A stretch of 45,521 nt of DNA from Oscarella lobularis (GCF_947507565.1 NC_089176.1:4076882-4122402); one strand, 5' to 3'; counted from the stretch's first letter, positions 1 through 10,393 are shown. The notes: a model not told the origin generated them from the sequence alone. Numbers and translations are program-made.

Positions 1-1653
1 GCTGGTAAGAGTCTTGCCCTTGTCATTTGTATGACGGAGTACTCAATAGACGGCAAAGTGCTGCTAGAATGCACTTCGCCTTCTATTATCTGCCAATTTT
101 GCAAATCGTGCCTAAAAAGCTCGCGTTTTCATGAAGAAGACCGTTTACATGTCTCTTTATTCTACGCTCAAGTCCTCCTACATCGGTGTCCGAGGCGTCG
201 TATTGATGCGATTGATCGACAGCTTTCATTTTGTAAAACTCATTTGGAAGCGTTGTCAGCAGACAAGCAAGAGAGTTTCAGAACAAGATACTTGGTAACA
301 TTGGTTGAATTGTGTTTGGTGAAGGGAACGAGCTTACTAGACGAAGATTTGGATGAAATAGAGAAGCAGAAGAGACTGCAGAATAAGGCTGCGCGACTAG
401 CTGCAGCAAAAGCGCGCTTTCAACTGGGCGCGATGAGTTATGGAAAAGATGTCGATAGAGCACACGGTCATTTGAACGAGGCTGTTAGACACTTCAGAGA
501 GTGCCGGGATGAACTACGCGAGACAGACTGTTCTAGATGTTTACATCAAATGTGGATTGGTGATTGTCTCTTTCGAAAGGGAAACTACAAAGACGCTCTC
601 GGCGTTTTCAATGATCTATTGAAGGAGATAGAAGAAGTGTCTTGGCCTGGCGAAGGCGTTGAAACCAAAGACAGAAAAAACATGCGTATCTCTGCTATCT
701 GTTATGCTCAAGGTTTGTCTCAAACTCTGCACTGTTTTGCTGAGAATTCTGGATGGAATGCCGATCAGCTGAAAGAGTGCCTTAAGTTGTTCGAGTCTTC
801 GCTTGAATATATCCGAAATTGCTCCAACTCACCTTTTCTGCATTTTATTTACCTGGCAAAAGGAAAGCTGCATTTGTTGCTTTTTCTATGTGGAGAAGAA
901 CATGATTCTAAACAATTGGAGTTGGCAACTCAATGCTTTGAAAAAGCGGCCGAAAATGACCGTATTCAATGTGAAGCCTCTTCTTTTGAGAAGATCTGCA
1001 ATGCTCCAGGCAAACTTTCAACGAAGAACATTTTTGATTCGGCCAAGATATTTCTTCCTTCAAGCGGCGGCTTTGTCAACATGCAAGAACTTTTCAAAAG
1101 CTGTAAGCGGCGGAACGAAGCGTTAGATCCTTACAAATCTCTCGGAATAAGTCTTTTTGCAAATTCTGCTTTGTATCTGGACAGCTTAAAAAGGGAACGG
1201 AGCAAAGAAGTAGTGTCGCTAGAAAAGGAAGACGTCGACTTCGAGTTTTCTGATGAGGACGACGACGAGGAAGAGGAAGAGGAAGAGGAAGAGGAAGGGG
1301 TTTGGTGGGAAAATGATGTAAAAGCTCAAACCGAGTTTCCAGACGAGAATTCTTCACGTAGGTTATTAATACCATCTAATTGCTTTCGGTCTCTGTCTCT
1401 TTTTGAGCAACACCAACTCTGTCGTCGAAGTAGTGAATCGCGTGGGAATACCAATACTCTAACCAATTTCGATAGTAGCCTCAGTCAGTGGCAAGTCTCA
1501 AGTTATGCTGCTGGTGATGGTGGCGGTGGTCTAGAAAAAAGGGAACGAATTGATCAGAAGTCTATTGGTATTCGCAGTCAAGATGACGAGAGCTCGTTGG
1601 AACTGATATCTTTAGTGGCTGAGCCTCCAACTATGTCAAAATCGCCGCCTTAA
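1..1653 (+). CDS. 3' portion (window starts mid-gene) of a paralog of the DD-STAND-TPR gene at 10.4-13.9 kb; TPR-like helical C-terminal region with acidic Glu/Asp tract
   Basis: Reading frame is open from base 1 to the stop at 1651-1653 (the ORF track's Met at 31 is probably internal). Blocks such as CLHQMWIGDCLFRKGNYKDALGVFNDLLKEIEEVSWP...ISAICYAQGLSQ and the DEDDDEEEEEEEEEE tract parallel CLYTMWIGDCCFLMREYGKALRAYEELLKVEDSVNWP...VSATYYALGLSH and DSEDDDDDDDDDDEDGDG in the 10906-13929 protein. A 3' splice after ~1365 is possible. Confidence 0.5.
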   Translation, partial: AGKSLALVICMTEYSIDGKVLLECTSPSIICQFCKSCLKSSRFHEEDRLHVSLFYAQVLLHRCPRRRIDAIDRQLSFCKTHLEALSADKQESFRTRYLVTLVELCLVKGTSLLDEDLDEIEKQKRLQNKAARLAAAKARFQLGAMSYGKDVDRAHGHLNEAVRHFRECRDELRETDCSRCLHQMWIGDCLFRKGNYKDALGVFNDLLKEIEEVSWPGEGVETKDRKNMRISAICYAQGLSQTLHCFAENSGWNADQLKECLKLFESSLEYIRNCSNSPFLHFIYLAKGKLHLLLFLCGEEHDSKQLELATQCFEKAAENDRIQCEASSFEKICNAPGKLSTKNIFDSAKIFLPSSGGFVNMQELFKSCKRRNEALDPYKSLGISLFANSALYLDSLKRERSKEVVSLEKEDVDFEFSDEDDDEEEEEEEEEEGVWWENDVKAQTEFPDENSSRRLLIPSNCFRSLSLFEQHQLCRRSSESRGNTNTLTNFDSSLSQWQVSSYAAGDGGGGLEKRERIDQKSIGIRSQDDESSLELISLVAEPPTMSKSPP

Positions 1654-2424
1654 GATTTATTTTAAGTGGACTGAACAATGTTGCTAAGGCATCGCTACTT
1701 TTTCAGCCGTTTAGAAATGCTCTAATTATAATTATTTAGTTAATAAATAAATAAATAAATAGTGGGAGTGGAATGAGTGCGTGCCTCTTTGTGAATTCCC
1801 CGGGTTCTGCGTATCTTATGCCTTTTATAGACTGTAGTAGATCAGTCAAGGCAGATAGAACGGATATGCTGCCATGCACGTGATATTCTACCACGTCTTC
1901 TCCTGTAAAACTGTTGGGGCCTACACAGTGTCACAAAGGTCGTTCGCCTATAATGTACAGGGTCTTACGTGGAAACCAGAGAGCCATGGCTTTGTCAATG
2001 AGTTCATACGTGACCGGATTGACGAGTTTTGTCAGTGTAGCTACTCTTGCTTGTGGAAAATGGTCCATTTTGCAAATATCTCGTAGAGTCTGGAGGCAGG
2101 AAAAACTGGAGGGATTGTCGGACTATCTGAGGTCGTACTTTAGAGGCCAAAGGCCCTGATACTCGAACAACAGCTACGCCTATAAGGGGAATGAGCTAGA
2201 AATGCCGTACTATAGAAGATTGTATTTCCCACCGCATTTTCCATGACCAGATGATAAAGCAAAGATCGTAGGCGACCAATTTCTGTCGCAAAAACATCGC
2301 AACTGTTGCAGAATTGCTCGATGACGTCGTTTGACCGATTTGAAGCAGAGAAATTGTGGCCAAGAAGGAAAACGTCGATTGAATAATACGGGCATGTCTT
2401 TTCTAACGTGCGTCTTGCGACGAG

Positions 2425-3003
2425 ATGTTGCTGGTTGGCCTTTCGGGCGGGATAGCAAGCGGTAAAAGCACCGTTTCGCGAATACTGTTGGACTGCGGAT
2501 GTCCTATCATCGACGCTGATCAAATAGCTCGCCAAATCGTGCAGCCGGGCTTGCCTAGCTGGCACGCGATCGTTCGCAAATTTGGCCGAGAAATTTTGAA
2601 CGAGGACGAAACGATAAATCGCGAAAAACTCGGAAAAATCATATTTGATGATCCAGCTAAGCGAAGAGTGCTGAACGGTTGCACGCATCCGGCCATTTTA
2701 CGCAGAATGTTGTGGCAAATTTTGACGAATTTTATTCGAGGAGAAAAAGTCGTAATTTTGGATTCTCCGCTTTTGTTTGAAAGTGGGACGTTTGTTCGAT
2801 ATGTTCATCGTACAATTGTTGTATGGTGTTGCGAGGAAAGGCAAATTGAGAGACTTTATCTTCGAAATGGATTTGATAGAGACAGCGCTCTCAAGAGAAT
2901 TCGTGCTCAAATGTCATTGGACGAAAAGCGTCGAAGGGCTACGTACGTTATTGATAATGACGGTCAGCTGGAAAATACAAGACAGCAAATTCAGGAAATT
3001 TGA
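2425..3003 (+). CDS. DCAKD: monofunctional dephospho-CoA kinase (DCAKD-like, CoaE family), lacking the C-terminal hydrophobic tail present in the 4943-5449 fragment
   Basis: 192-aa ORF MLLVGLSGGIASGKSTV... with Walker-A GGIASGKST. Collinear with remembered human DCAKD (MFLVGLTGGIASGKSS...ILDIPLLFE...). Ends QQIQEI* immediately before an acceptor-like ttatttgcag. Confidence 0.75.
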   Translation: MLLVGLSGGIASGKSTVSRILLDCGCPIIDADQIARQIVQPGLPSWHAIVRKFGREILNEDETINREKLGKIIFDDPAKRRVLNGCTHPAILRRMLWQILTNFIRGEKVVILDSPLLFESGTFVRYVHRTIVVWCCEERQIERLYLRNGFDRDSALKRIRAQMSLDEKRRRATYVIDNDGQLENTRQQIQEI

Positions 3004-3029
3004 TGAGTACTGTATTCCTTTCATTTATT

Positions 3030-4480
3030 TGCAGTACGTACTCAAGAAGGATTGAGCGTATGACACCCTAAAGGGCGTTGTCAATGAAATTGGGATTGTT
3101 CGTGGTGTTGCTAGTGGCTTAGACTATCTTCACAGGAGGGAAAAACCGATAAGTAAGGTGCTTAGCTTAGGTTTCTCAAGTAAGCCACTTTAATAACAAT
3201 TAATTAGCTCGTATAAATCTCACCCCCTGCTGGCGTACGTATAATGGAGAAAAACGGAAAGGCAGTAGCGAAGATTTGTGTTACAAGTACTTCGTCCGAA
3301 TTGAATGAACAGGCAATTAATTGCAATGGAAGGATTCATGTCTCCTGAATTCACCGTCAGAACAGTAGATGTGGGTAGGCGGGGCTGTGTGTCAGTGTCT
3401 TATTTCTGTAGAATCCTGATGCGGATGTCTTTTCGTTTGGATGTTTTGCGTACTACGTCATCACGAAAGGACAGCATCCATTCTGTGAACCGGGGAGCGG
3501 GAGCAGTGAGCGAAGCAAAATTCAGTCAAGAATAAACTCTGGCGAGCATAAACCTACTTTCGAAGCGTTGGAACGTAAGTTAATTAATCAATTGATTAAT
3601 TAAACACGTATTTAGTGCCGCTTTAATTAATATTTTTAAAATTTACTCTACGTAGATTTGGTGAGCAAAACCATGAAACTGGAGGTGGAAGAAGACGAAC
3701 TTAGACGTATAGGGAATCCAGCAGCAGCTTTGGCGCTTGTGAAATCTACGTTGGACGAAGGAAAAAAGTGAGTTTGCCTGTCAGTGCGTGCCTTCTCAGC
3801 AGATGCAGCTCGTTACTGTGAATAGGCCTTCATCTTGCTGTATTACAAGTCACTGTTACTTTTTCAACCCGGAACGCCAATGCCATTTTCATCATGTACG
3901 TGGTAATCATTACTCAACTTCGTTGTTGTTACGATTTCTACGCAGGATTTTGGCAATTGTACACCATTTTATGAAGGGAAGAGAACTGGTAATATGGACA
4001 TGGACCCGCTTTTGGACGAACTGTCTGAACACGAAAAAGAAGTCTTTGGTTCTACCAAGTGGGGAGTTCGACTTCTAAGTTTTGGAGCAAAAATAGAAAT
4101 TGAAAATGGTATTGTTTTCTCATAGTTAGTTCTTATCAACTCTTTGTTAAAAGCGTTCTAGATTTTCAGTTCAAGGTTGCATTTAAGGGTAAGGGCGGGA
4201 GAGATGCAGCCAAAAAGTACGACAATTCCATTCAAGGTTTTTCATATTTCCTGCGTGATCAAGTATGAAACTTCGTGTTTTCAAAAATAAACGAACTACA
4301 GAATGATACATGTAGTTTTCTCACGAACTTAACGATGAGAAAAAAAGAGAATTTTGGGAATCGGATGATAAGAAAGCATTGATGCTCAACCGTGGGTTTC
4401 CCAGGCTTCTTCCTGTGTGCTGGGACATAAGCAAGAAAATGCCCAATTTGTCCAAGTATCACTGCGACGAGAAGCATTAG
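3030..4480 (+). pseudogene. disrupted copy of the death-domain/pseudokinase family gene (kinase C-lobe exons + C-terminal exons), paralogous to 8640-10041
   Basis: Exon YVLKKD*AYDTLKGVVNEIGIVRGVASGLDYLHRREKPI carries an in-frame TGA. The next exon (3240-3540) is frameshifted relative to intact copy 8856-9194. Downstream exons (3640-3775, 3950-4078, 4370-4480 ...LNRGFPRLLPVCWDISKKMPNLSKYHCDEKH*) parallel 9228-10041. Confidence 0.45.
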
Positions 4481-4739
4481 ACAATGACCTCTTCATGATA
4501 TCTCTGCCTCTAACCCTTTTTCTAGTTCTACATTTTTACACTGTCAGTTGCACTCACTGACTGTTTTTTTTCTTCGTTTTATACTGTATGTCGTTAGTCT
4601 ATATGGATGCTGCTGGCCGGTCACTACTAATTAACCGTTCTCGGTATTTAATTAACGAAAGCTGTCCGAGGCTACCTGATGATGTACAGTACAGTGGAGA
4701 GGGCGTGCACTAGCCACCCCCGCGTACGGGAGTACGGGA

Positions 4740-5021
4740 GTGAGATTTCGATCCAAGATGGCGACTGCGAGCGAAAGAGACAGGGTTCCCAAAAGGCATC
4801 GCCTTCGGGCGGTGGCCAGCTACATCGGCCCATACTGGGAGCATATCGCTGACCACCTTCTACTCGAGTCCTCTTGTGAAAGGACCATTGAGAGGATTCG
4901 CCGTGATTACAAGTTCTCTCAAGATCAAGCTTTCCAAATGTTGTGCACGTGGTCGGAAATGTTTCATACGGAAGCTACAGAGGAGAAACTGTGCCTTGCT
5001 CTATTAAGCGAAGAGTGCTGA
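4740..5021 (+). CDS. death-domain-like exon (divergent DD subtype), fused in-frame to a DCAKD C-terminal fragment; probably a gene fragment or chimera
   Basis: LRAVASYIGPYWEHIADHLLLES...DYKFSQDQAFQMLCTWSEMFHTEATEEKLCLALLSEEC has the six-helix DD pattern (cf. DD at 10556-10909). Sequence then runs directly into RRVLNGCTHPAIL of DCAKD. Confidence 0.35.
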   Translation: MRFRSKMATASERDRVPKRHRLRAVASYIGPYWEHIADHLLLESSCERTIERIRRDYKFSQDQAFQMLCTWSEMFHTEATEEKLCLALLSEEC

Positions 5022-5449
5022 ACGGTTGCACGCATCCGGCCATTTTACGCAACATGTTGTGGCAAATTTTGACGAATTTCATTCGAGGAGAAAAAGTCGT
5101 AATTTTGGATTCTCCGCTTTTGTTTGAAAGTGGAACGTTTGTTCGATACATTCATCGTACAATTGTTGTATGGTGTTGCGAGGAGAGGCAAATTGAGAGA
5201 CTTTATCTTCGAAATGGATTTGATAGAGACAGCGCTCTCAAGAGAATTCGTGCTCAAATGTCATTGGATGAAAAGCGCCAAAGAGCTACGTACGTTATTG
5301 ATAATAACGATCAGCTGGAAAATACAAGACAGCAAACTCAACAAATTTACAAAGAACTCCTCAAGTCAAAGTGGTGTTTGATGGGCAGGATTTTTAGACT
5401 GTCTTGTTCTTTTCTTATAGGTCTTTTTGTAGCACTATGGTTTCTGTGA
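5005..5449 (+). pseudogene. partial duplicate of DCAKD (C-terminal half, KRRVLNGCTHPAIL onward) retaining the hydrophobic C-terminal tail
   Basis: ~90% nt identity to 2680-3003. Continues ...QQTQQIYKELLKSKWCLMGRIFRLSCSFLIGLFVALWFL*, matching the C-terminal membrane anchor of human DCAKD. No N-terminal P-loop half. Confidence 0.6.
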
Positions 5450-5523
5450 TAATACATTTAATTGGATTTATGAATTAGTGAGCCAGTGACGCGCGAGTCG
5501 TTTATACGGGAATTGCAACGAAC

Positions 5524-5926
5524 ATGTCGTCGAAACTGCCGCACGATCTAGCCGCCGGCGCTGGACAGAAATTGCCAAGTGCGATTCGTCGTCTCAAGGA
5601 TAGAGGGAATGGTTGTAGTAGCGTAGAACGATTTTACAGACGAGATACTTCTCGACCTCGCGAAGAAAATCGGCGGAAAGTGGGATTTTGTAGCAGTCCG
5701 GCTTGGGTTGGCAGATCACGAAACTGAGAATATCCGTGACAATTTCACGAAAGTGCAAGACCGAGCTTTTGAAATGTTGAAGACGTGGCGACAGAATGCC
5801 TTCAAAGACGCAACTCGTACCAATCTCTGTATCGCCTTGCTTAAAGAAAAATTGAAGAGTATCGCGTCGGAAACTTTTGGGGATGACTTTGTTGAAGGGG
5901 TCGACAAATCATTATCGCAGAAGTGA
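5524..5926 (+). CDS. death-domain gene copy A (DD exon followed directly by the family's terminal 'atgatttgtccaagtatcactgcgagaagcat' element; kinase region deleted)
   Basis: ILLDLAKKIGGKWDFVAVRLGLADHETENIRDNFTKVQDRAFEMLKTWRQNAFKDATRTNLCIALLKEKLKSIASETFGDDFVEGVDKSLSQK is a full-length DD. Upstream ATG (5524) lies in a conserved leader shared with copies at 6416 and 7740. Confidence 0.45.
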
Positions 5927-6059
5927 AGGTGATTTTCAAGAAACACGATGATTTGTCCAAGTATCACTGCGAGAAGCATCCGACAGTGTGATATCTCTGC
6001 TCTAGCTCTTTTTCTAGTTTTTACGCTGTTACTTTCTTTCTTTTGCTTTTTGTTATTAT

Positions 6060-6300
6060 CATACGGGCATGTTCAATGTGGATACAGTAGCAAGCGGCGA
6101 AAGCACCGTTTCGCGAGTACAGTTGGATTGCGGATCGACGCCGATCAAATAGCTCGCCAAATCGTGCAGCCGGGCTTGCCTAGCTGGCACGCGATCATTC
6201 GCAAATTTGGCCGAGAAATTTTGAACGAGGACGAAACGATAAATCGCGAAAAAGTCGATCCAGCCAGCTAAGCGAAGAGTGCTGAATGGTTCCAGCTATT
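6060..6300 (+). pseudogene. degraded N-terminal DCAKD fragment (P-loop deleted)
   Basis: gtagcaagcggcgaaagcaccgtttcgcgagtacagttggattgcggatcgacgccgatcaaatagctcgccaaatcgtgcagccgggcttgcc... matches 2455-2650 with deletions. Encodes ...IDADQIARQIVQPGLPSWHAIIRKFGREILNEDETINREK then degenerates. Second near-identical copy at 6940-7185. Confidence 0.6.
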
Positions 6301-6335
6301 TTACGCAGCACTTCACGAGTAGTCTGGAGGCCACA

Positions 6336-6418
6336 CCTATGCCACGGTCACGTGCAAGGGTCAGGTGACCTGACTACTTCACGAGCGAGTCGATTATACG
6401 GGAATTGCAACAAACATG
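6336..6418 (+). promoter_or_regulatory. conserved leader/promoter-like element of the DD gene copies (E-box CACGTG + inverted AGGTCA-like repeat GGTCAGGTGACC + cgagtcgattatacgggaattgcaac.aacATG); repeated at 7661-7742 and partially at 5480-5526
   Basis: Near-identical 80-bp block immediately upstream of the ATG of DD copies B and C. Copy A keeps only the 3' half (gcgcgagtcgtttatacgggaattgcaacgaacATG). Confidence 0.3.
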
Positions 6419-6805
6419 GCGGCGCACGTCGGGGCTGGAGAAGAATTGTCAGGTACAATCCGTCGTCCCAAGGATAGAGAATGATTGTAGCAGCGTAGAA
6501 ACGATTTTACAGATAAGACACTTCTCGACGTCGCGAAGAAAATCGGCGGAAAGTGGGATTTTGTAGCAGTCTGGCTTACGCCCAAGTTGGAAGAGCATGA
6601 AATTGACAATATCAAAGCCAATTTTACGAGAGTACAAGACCAAGCTTTTGAAATGTTGAAGATGTGGCGAAAGAATGGCCACAAAGCTGCAACTCCTACC
6701 AATCTCTGTGTCGCCTTGCTTGAAGAAAAGTTGAAGAAAATCGCGTCGGAAACTTTTGGGGATGACTTTGTTGAAGGGGTCGACAAATCATTATCGCAGA
6801 AGTGA
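6416..6805 (+). CDS. death-domain gene copy B (truncated paralog)
   Basis: Conserved leader ...cgagtcgattatacgggaattgcaacaaacATGgcggcgcac. DD TLLDVAKKIGGKWDFVAVWLTPKLEEHEIDNIKANFTRVQDQAFEMLKMWRKNGHKAATPTNLCVALLEEKLKKIASETFGDDFVEGVDKSLSQK. ~880 bp tandem repeat relative to copy A. Confidence 0.45.
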
Positions 6806-6939
6806 AGGTGATTTTCAAGAAACACGATGATTTGTCCAAGTATCACTGCGAGAAGCATCCGACAGTGTGATATCTCTGCTCTAGCTCTTTTTCTAGTTTT
6901 TACGCTGTTACTTTCGTTCTTTCTTTTGCTTTTTGTTAT

Positions 6940-7185
6940 TATCATACGGGCATGTTCAATGTGGATACAGTAGCAAGCGGCGAAAGCACCGTTTCGCGAG
7001 TACAGTTGGATTGCGGATCGACGCCGATCAAATAGCTCGCCAAATCGTGCAGCCGGGCTTGCCTAGCTGGCACGCGATCATTCGCAAATTTGGCCGAGAA
7101 ATTTTGAACGAGGACGAAACGATAAATCGCGAAAAAGTCGATCCAGCCAGCTAAGCGAAGAGTGCTGAATGGTTCCAGCTATTTT
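6940..7185 (+). pseudogene. second degraded N-terminal DCAKD fragment (tandem repeat of 6060-6300)
   Basis: Near-identical to 6060-6300; part of an ~880-bp tandem repeat that also carries DD copy B. Confidence 0.6.
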
Positions 7186-7739
7186 ACGCAGCACTTCACG
7201 AGTAGTCTGGAGGCCACACCCTTCGCTCGGGAGGAAGGGTCTGGCCAAACGCGCATGGTCCAAGTGTTGCATGCGGTACGCGCTAAACGAATTAAGTTAT
7301 TAGAGACGCCCTACGTCATAGCTTCGACATCGCAAAAGCGAGACAACTAGGGGAGAATTGGAACGTCTAGGCGATCGTACGCAGAAGCGACGAGCTCCGC
7401 AGCAGAGGAGTTCGTCGTTTTCGCGTACTACATTGCTTTCTTTCGCGTACGATCGCCACGTTTTCGCTTACGATCGCGTACGATTGGATGGCTTAAGCGT
7501 GCGATCGACCTGGATCGCTCATCGCTACTCCTATAAAAACATTCGAGGGCGATAAACGGTTAGAACAGCTAATTGGCCCCTACGTCACAGACAACTCGGC
7601 CTGTGATTGGGCCGCACTCCACAGTGCGGGGTGCAACACATCCCCCCCTCCCGATTGACCTGACCCCACGGTCACGTGCAAGGGTCAGGTGACCTGACTA
7701 CTTCACGAGCGAGTCGATTATACGGGAATTGCAACAAAC

Positions 7740-10041
7740 ATGGCGGCGCACGTCGGGGCTGGAGAAGAATTGTCAGGTACAATCCGTCGTCCCAAGGATA
7801 GAGAATGATTGTAGCAGCGTAGAAACGATTTTACAGATAAGACACTTCTCGACGTCGCGAAGAAAATCGGCGGAAAGTGGGATTTTGTAGCAGTCTGGCT
7901 TACGCCCAAGTTGGAAGAGCATGAAATTGACAATATCAAAGCCAATTTTACGAGAGTACAAGACCAAGCTTTTGAAATGTTGAAGATGTGGCGACGGAAT
8001 GACCACAAAGCTGCAACTCGTACCAATCTCTGTGTCGCCTTGCTTGAAGAAAAGTTGAAGAAAATCGCGTCGGAAACTTTTGGGGATGACTTTGTTGAAA
8101 GGGTCGACAAATTATTATCGCAGAAGAGAGAAGGTGATTTTCATGATTTGCAAAACAATAGGCCCATTACCGGTGCTACTGGTACATTTCTTGTAGAAAT
8201 TGAAAAGAGAGGCCAAGACGATAAGAGGGTTTTTGATCTTGAAAATGAGCCGTTCTTCCAGGATATGCATAGGTATGGCCAAATAGATGCAGTAGTTTTA
8301 GTTTTGCAAATTGTTTGAATGGCTAGAGGTTATTTTGTACGTCATCAAAATCAAAAGAAACGTTTGGTGGCTGTCAGAAAAGCTCCTTTGAATGACAAAC
8401 GGATGAGCAATGAAATGGATATCTTGGAATCGAGAAAATGCGACAATTTGATTGGATTTATTGATGTCGTGGTAAGTCTACGGTACCATGTAGCGAGGAC
8501 GTGTATTAGATGTCTACTGCAGACGATTGACACCGTTTGGCACTGCTGTCTTCAATATTGTGAATATTCAGTAGAACAAGTAGGTGCCCAGTCTCTAGTT
8601 GTGCCATCATAGATGCCATACGCTATGTGTATTCCTTTAATTTATTTGTAGTATGTACTTAAGAAGGATGACGCATATAAAACCCTAAAGGGCGTTATCT
8701 ACGAAATTGACATTGTTCGTGGTGTTGCTAGCGGTTTAGACGATCTTCACAGCAGGGAAAAACCAATAAGTAAGGTGCCTGGTTTCGTGTAGGGTCATAT
8801 TCTCTTTAATAATCAATTAGCTCATATAAATCTCGCCCCTGCTGGCGTACGTATAATGGTGGACGAAAACGGAAAGGTAGAAGCAAAAATTTGTGACATA
8901 AGTACTTCGCCCAGATTGTACGAACATGCAATTGCAATGGAAGGATTCATTGTCAGAACAGTAGATGTGGGTAGGTGGGGCTGTGTGTCAGTATCTTACT
9001 TTCTGCAGAATCCAAGTCCTGATGTGGATGTCTTTTCGTTTGGATGTTTTGCGTACTACGTCATCACTAACGGAAAGCATCCGTTCAGTGAGCCTGGGAG
9101 CGTGAGCAGTGAGCTAAGCGAAATTCAGTCAAGAATAGACTCTGGCAAGTTTGAACCTAATTTTGAAGCGTTGGAAGGTAAGTCGATTAATTAATTAATT
9201 AAACGCGTATTTTAGTGTGGTCTTACTATACGTAGATTTGGTGAACAAAAGCGTGGAACTGAAGGTGAAAGAAGACAAAATTAGACGTATAGGGAATCCA
9301 GCAGCAGCTTTGGCGCTTGTGAAATCTACATTGTCTGAAGGAAAAAAGTGAGTTTGCCTGTCAGTGCGTGCATTCTCAGCAGATGCAGCTCGTTACTGTG
9401 AATAGGCCTTCATCTTGCTGTATTAAAAGTCACTGTTACTTTTTCAAGCCGGGTCGCCAAGTTGAATTTCATTGGGTACGCTGTAATCATTACTCAACTT
9501 CATTGTTGTTACAATTTCTATGCAGGATTTTGGCGGTACTACACCATTTTATGAAGGGGAGAAAACTGACAACGAGGATATGGACTCGCTTTTGGACGAA
9601 CTGTCTAGACACGATGAAGACGTCGTTGGTTGGAAAGGTCGACTTGAAAATTTGGGAGCAAAAAAGGGTAGTGTTCTCATAGTAAATTCTCATCAACTCT
9701 TTGTTGAAAGCGCTTCTAGAATTTTTGAGCAAGCAGCTCGTCAGGCACAAAAAATGCGGAGATAACGTCCAATCTTTTTCAAAATTCCTGCGTAATCAAG
9801 TATGAAACTTCATGTTTTCGAAAATAAACTAATTACACAACGGCACGTACATGTAGTTCTCCCACAAACAAAACAGGGACGAAATAAGAGAGTTTTTTGA
9901 ATCGGATGAGAAGAGTGCATTGTTACTCAACCGTGGGTTTCCCAAGCTTCTTCCTGTATGTTGGGAAATAAGCAAGAAGTTGTTGTTGTTGCAAAAACAA
10001 CATGATTTGTCCAAGTATCATTGCGAGAAGCATTTTTCATA
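7740..10041 (+). CDS. death domain + pseudokinase gene (IRAK/Pelle-like domain order), multi-exon; most complete member of the local family, possibly itself inactivated by one in-frame stop
   Basis: DD exon 7825-8130. Same-frame continuation into a kinase N-lobe (8319-8471: ...KKRLVAVRKAPLNDKRMSNEMDILESRKCDNLIGFIDVV|gtaag) but with a TGA at 8316-8318. Exon 8655-8777 (...GVASGLDDLHSREKPI|gtaagg). Exon ~8860-9190 (NGKVEAKICDISTSPRL...DVFSFGCFAYYVITNGKHPF...|gtaag). C-terminal exons 9228-9345, 9520-9690, ~9880-10041 (...LSKYHCEKHFS*). VAIK Lys->Arg, HRD->HSREKP, DFG->DIS. Confidence 0.5.
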
Positions 10042-10393
10042 GGCTTCATGACATTTCCGCCTCTAGCTCTTTTTCTACTACTGCTGTCAGTTGTCGTACT
10101 TTCAATGCGCTGTTTTATTCGATTTTTTACCCTGGCTTTTTTTACTGTTGTTATTGAATATACGGACGTGGTAATAGCACCGTATGACAGTCAAAGTGGG
10201 TGTTTGGTGGGCCGGATTTTTAGACTGTCTTGTTCTTTTCTTATAGGTCTTTTGCAGCAATTTGGTATCTAGGCTGATAATTAATGGCGAACGAGGGCGG
10301 CCTGTGACTGGTTACAGCACGTGCGCAGCGCAACCAACCATACATGGTATGGCGCAACTCGAGCGCGGGTGTGGTAATACGGGCTTCAGCGAA

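Noticed and set aside
1694-2420. Small ORFs (1874-2159, 2140-2688 minus) between the first gene and DCAKD
   Set aside because: No recognisable domain, overlapping each other and the DCAKD 5' region. Likely intergenic/UTR sequence.
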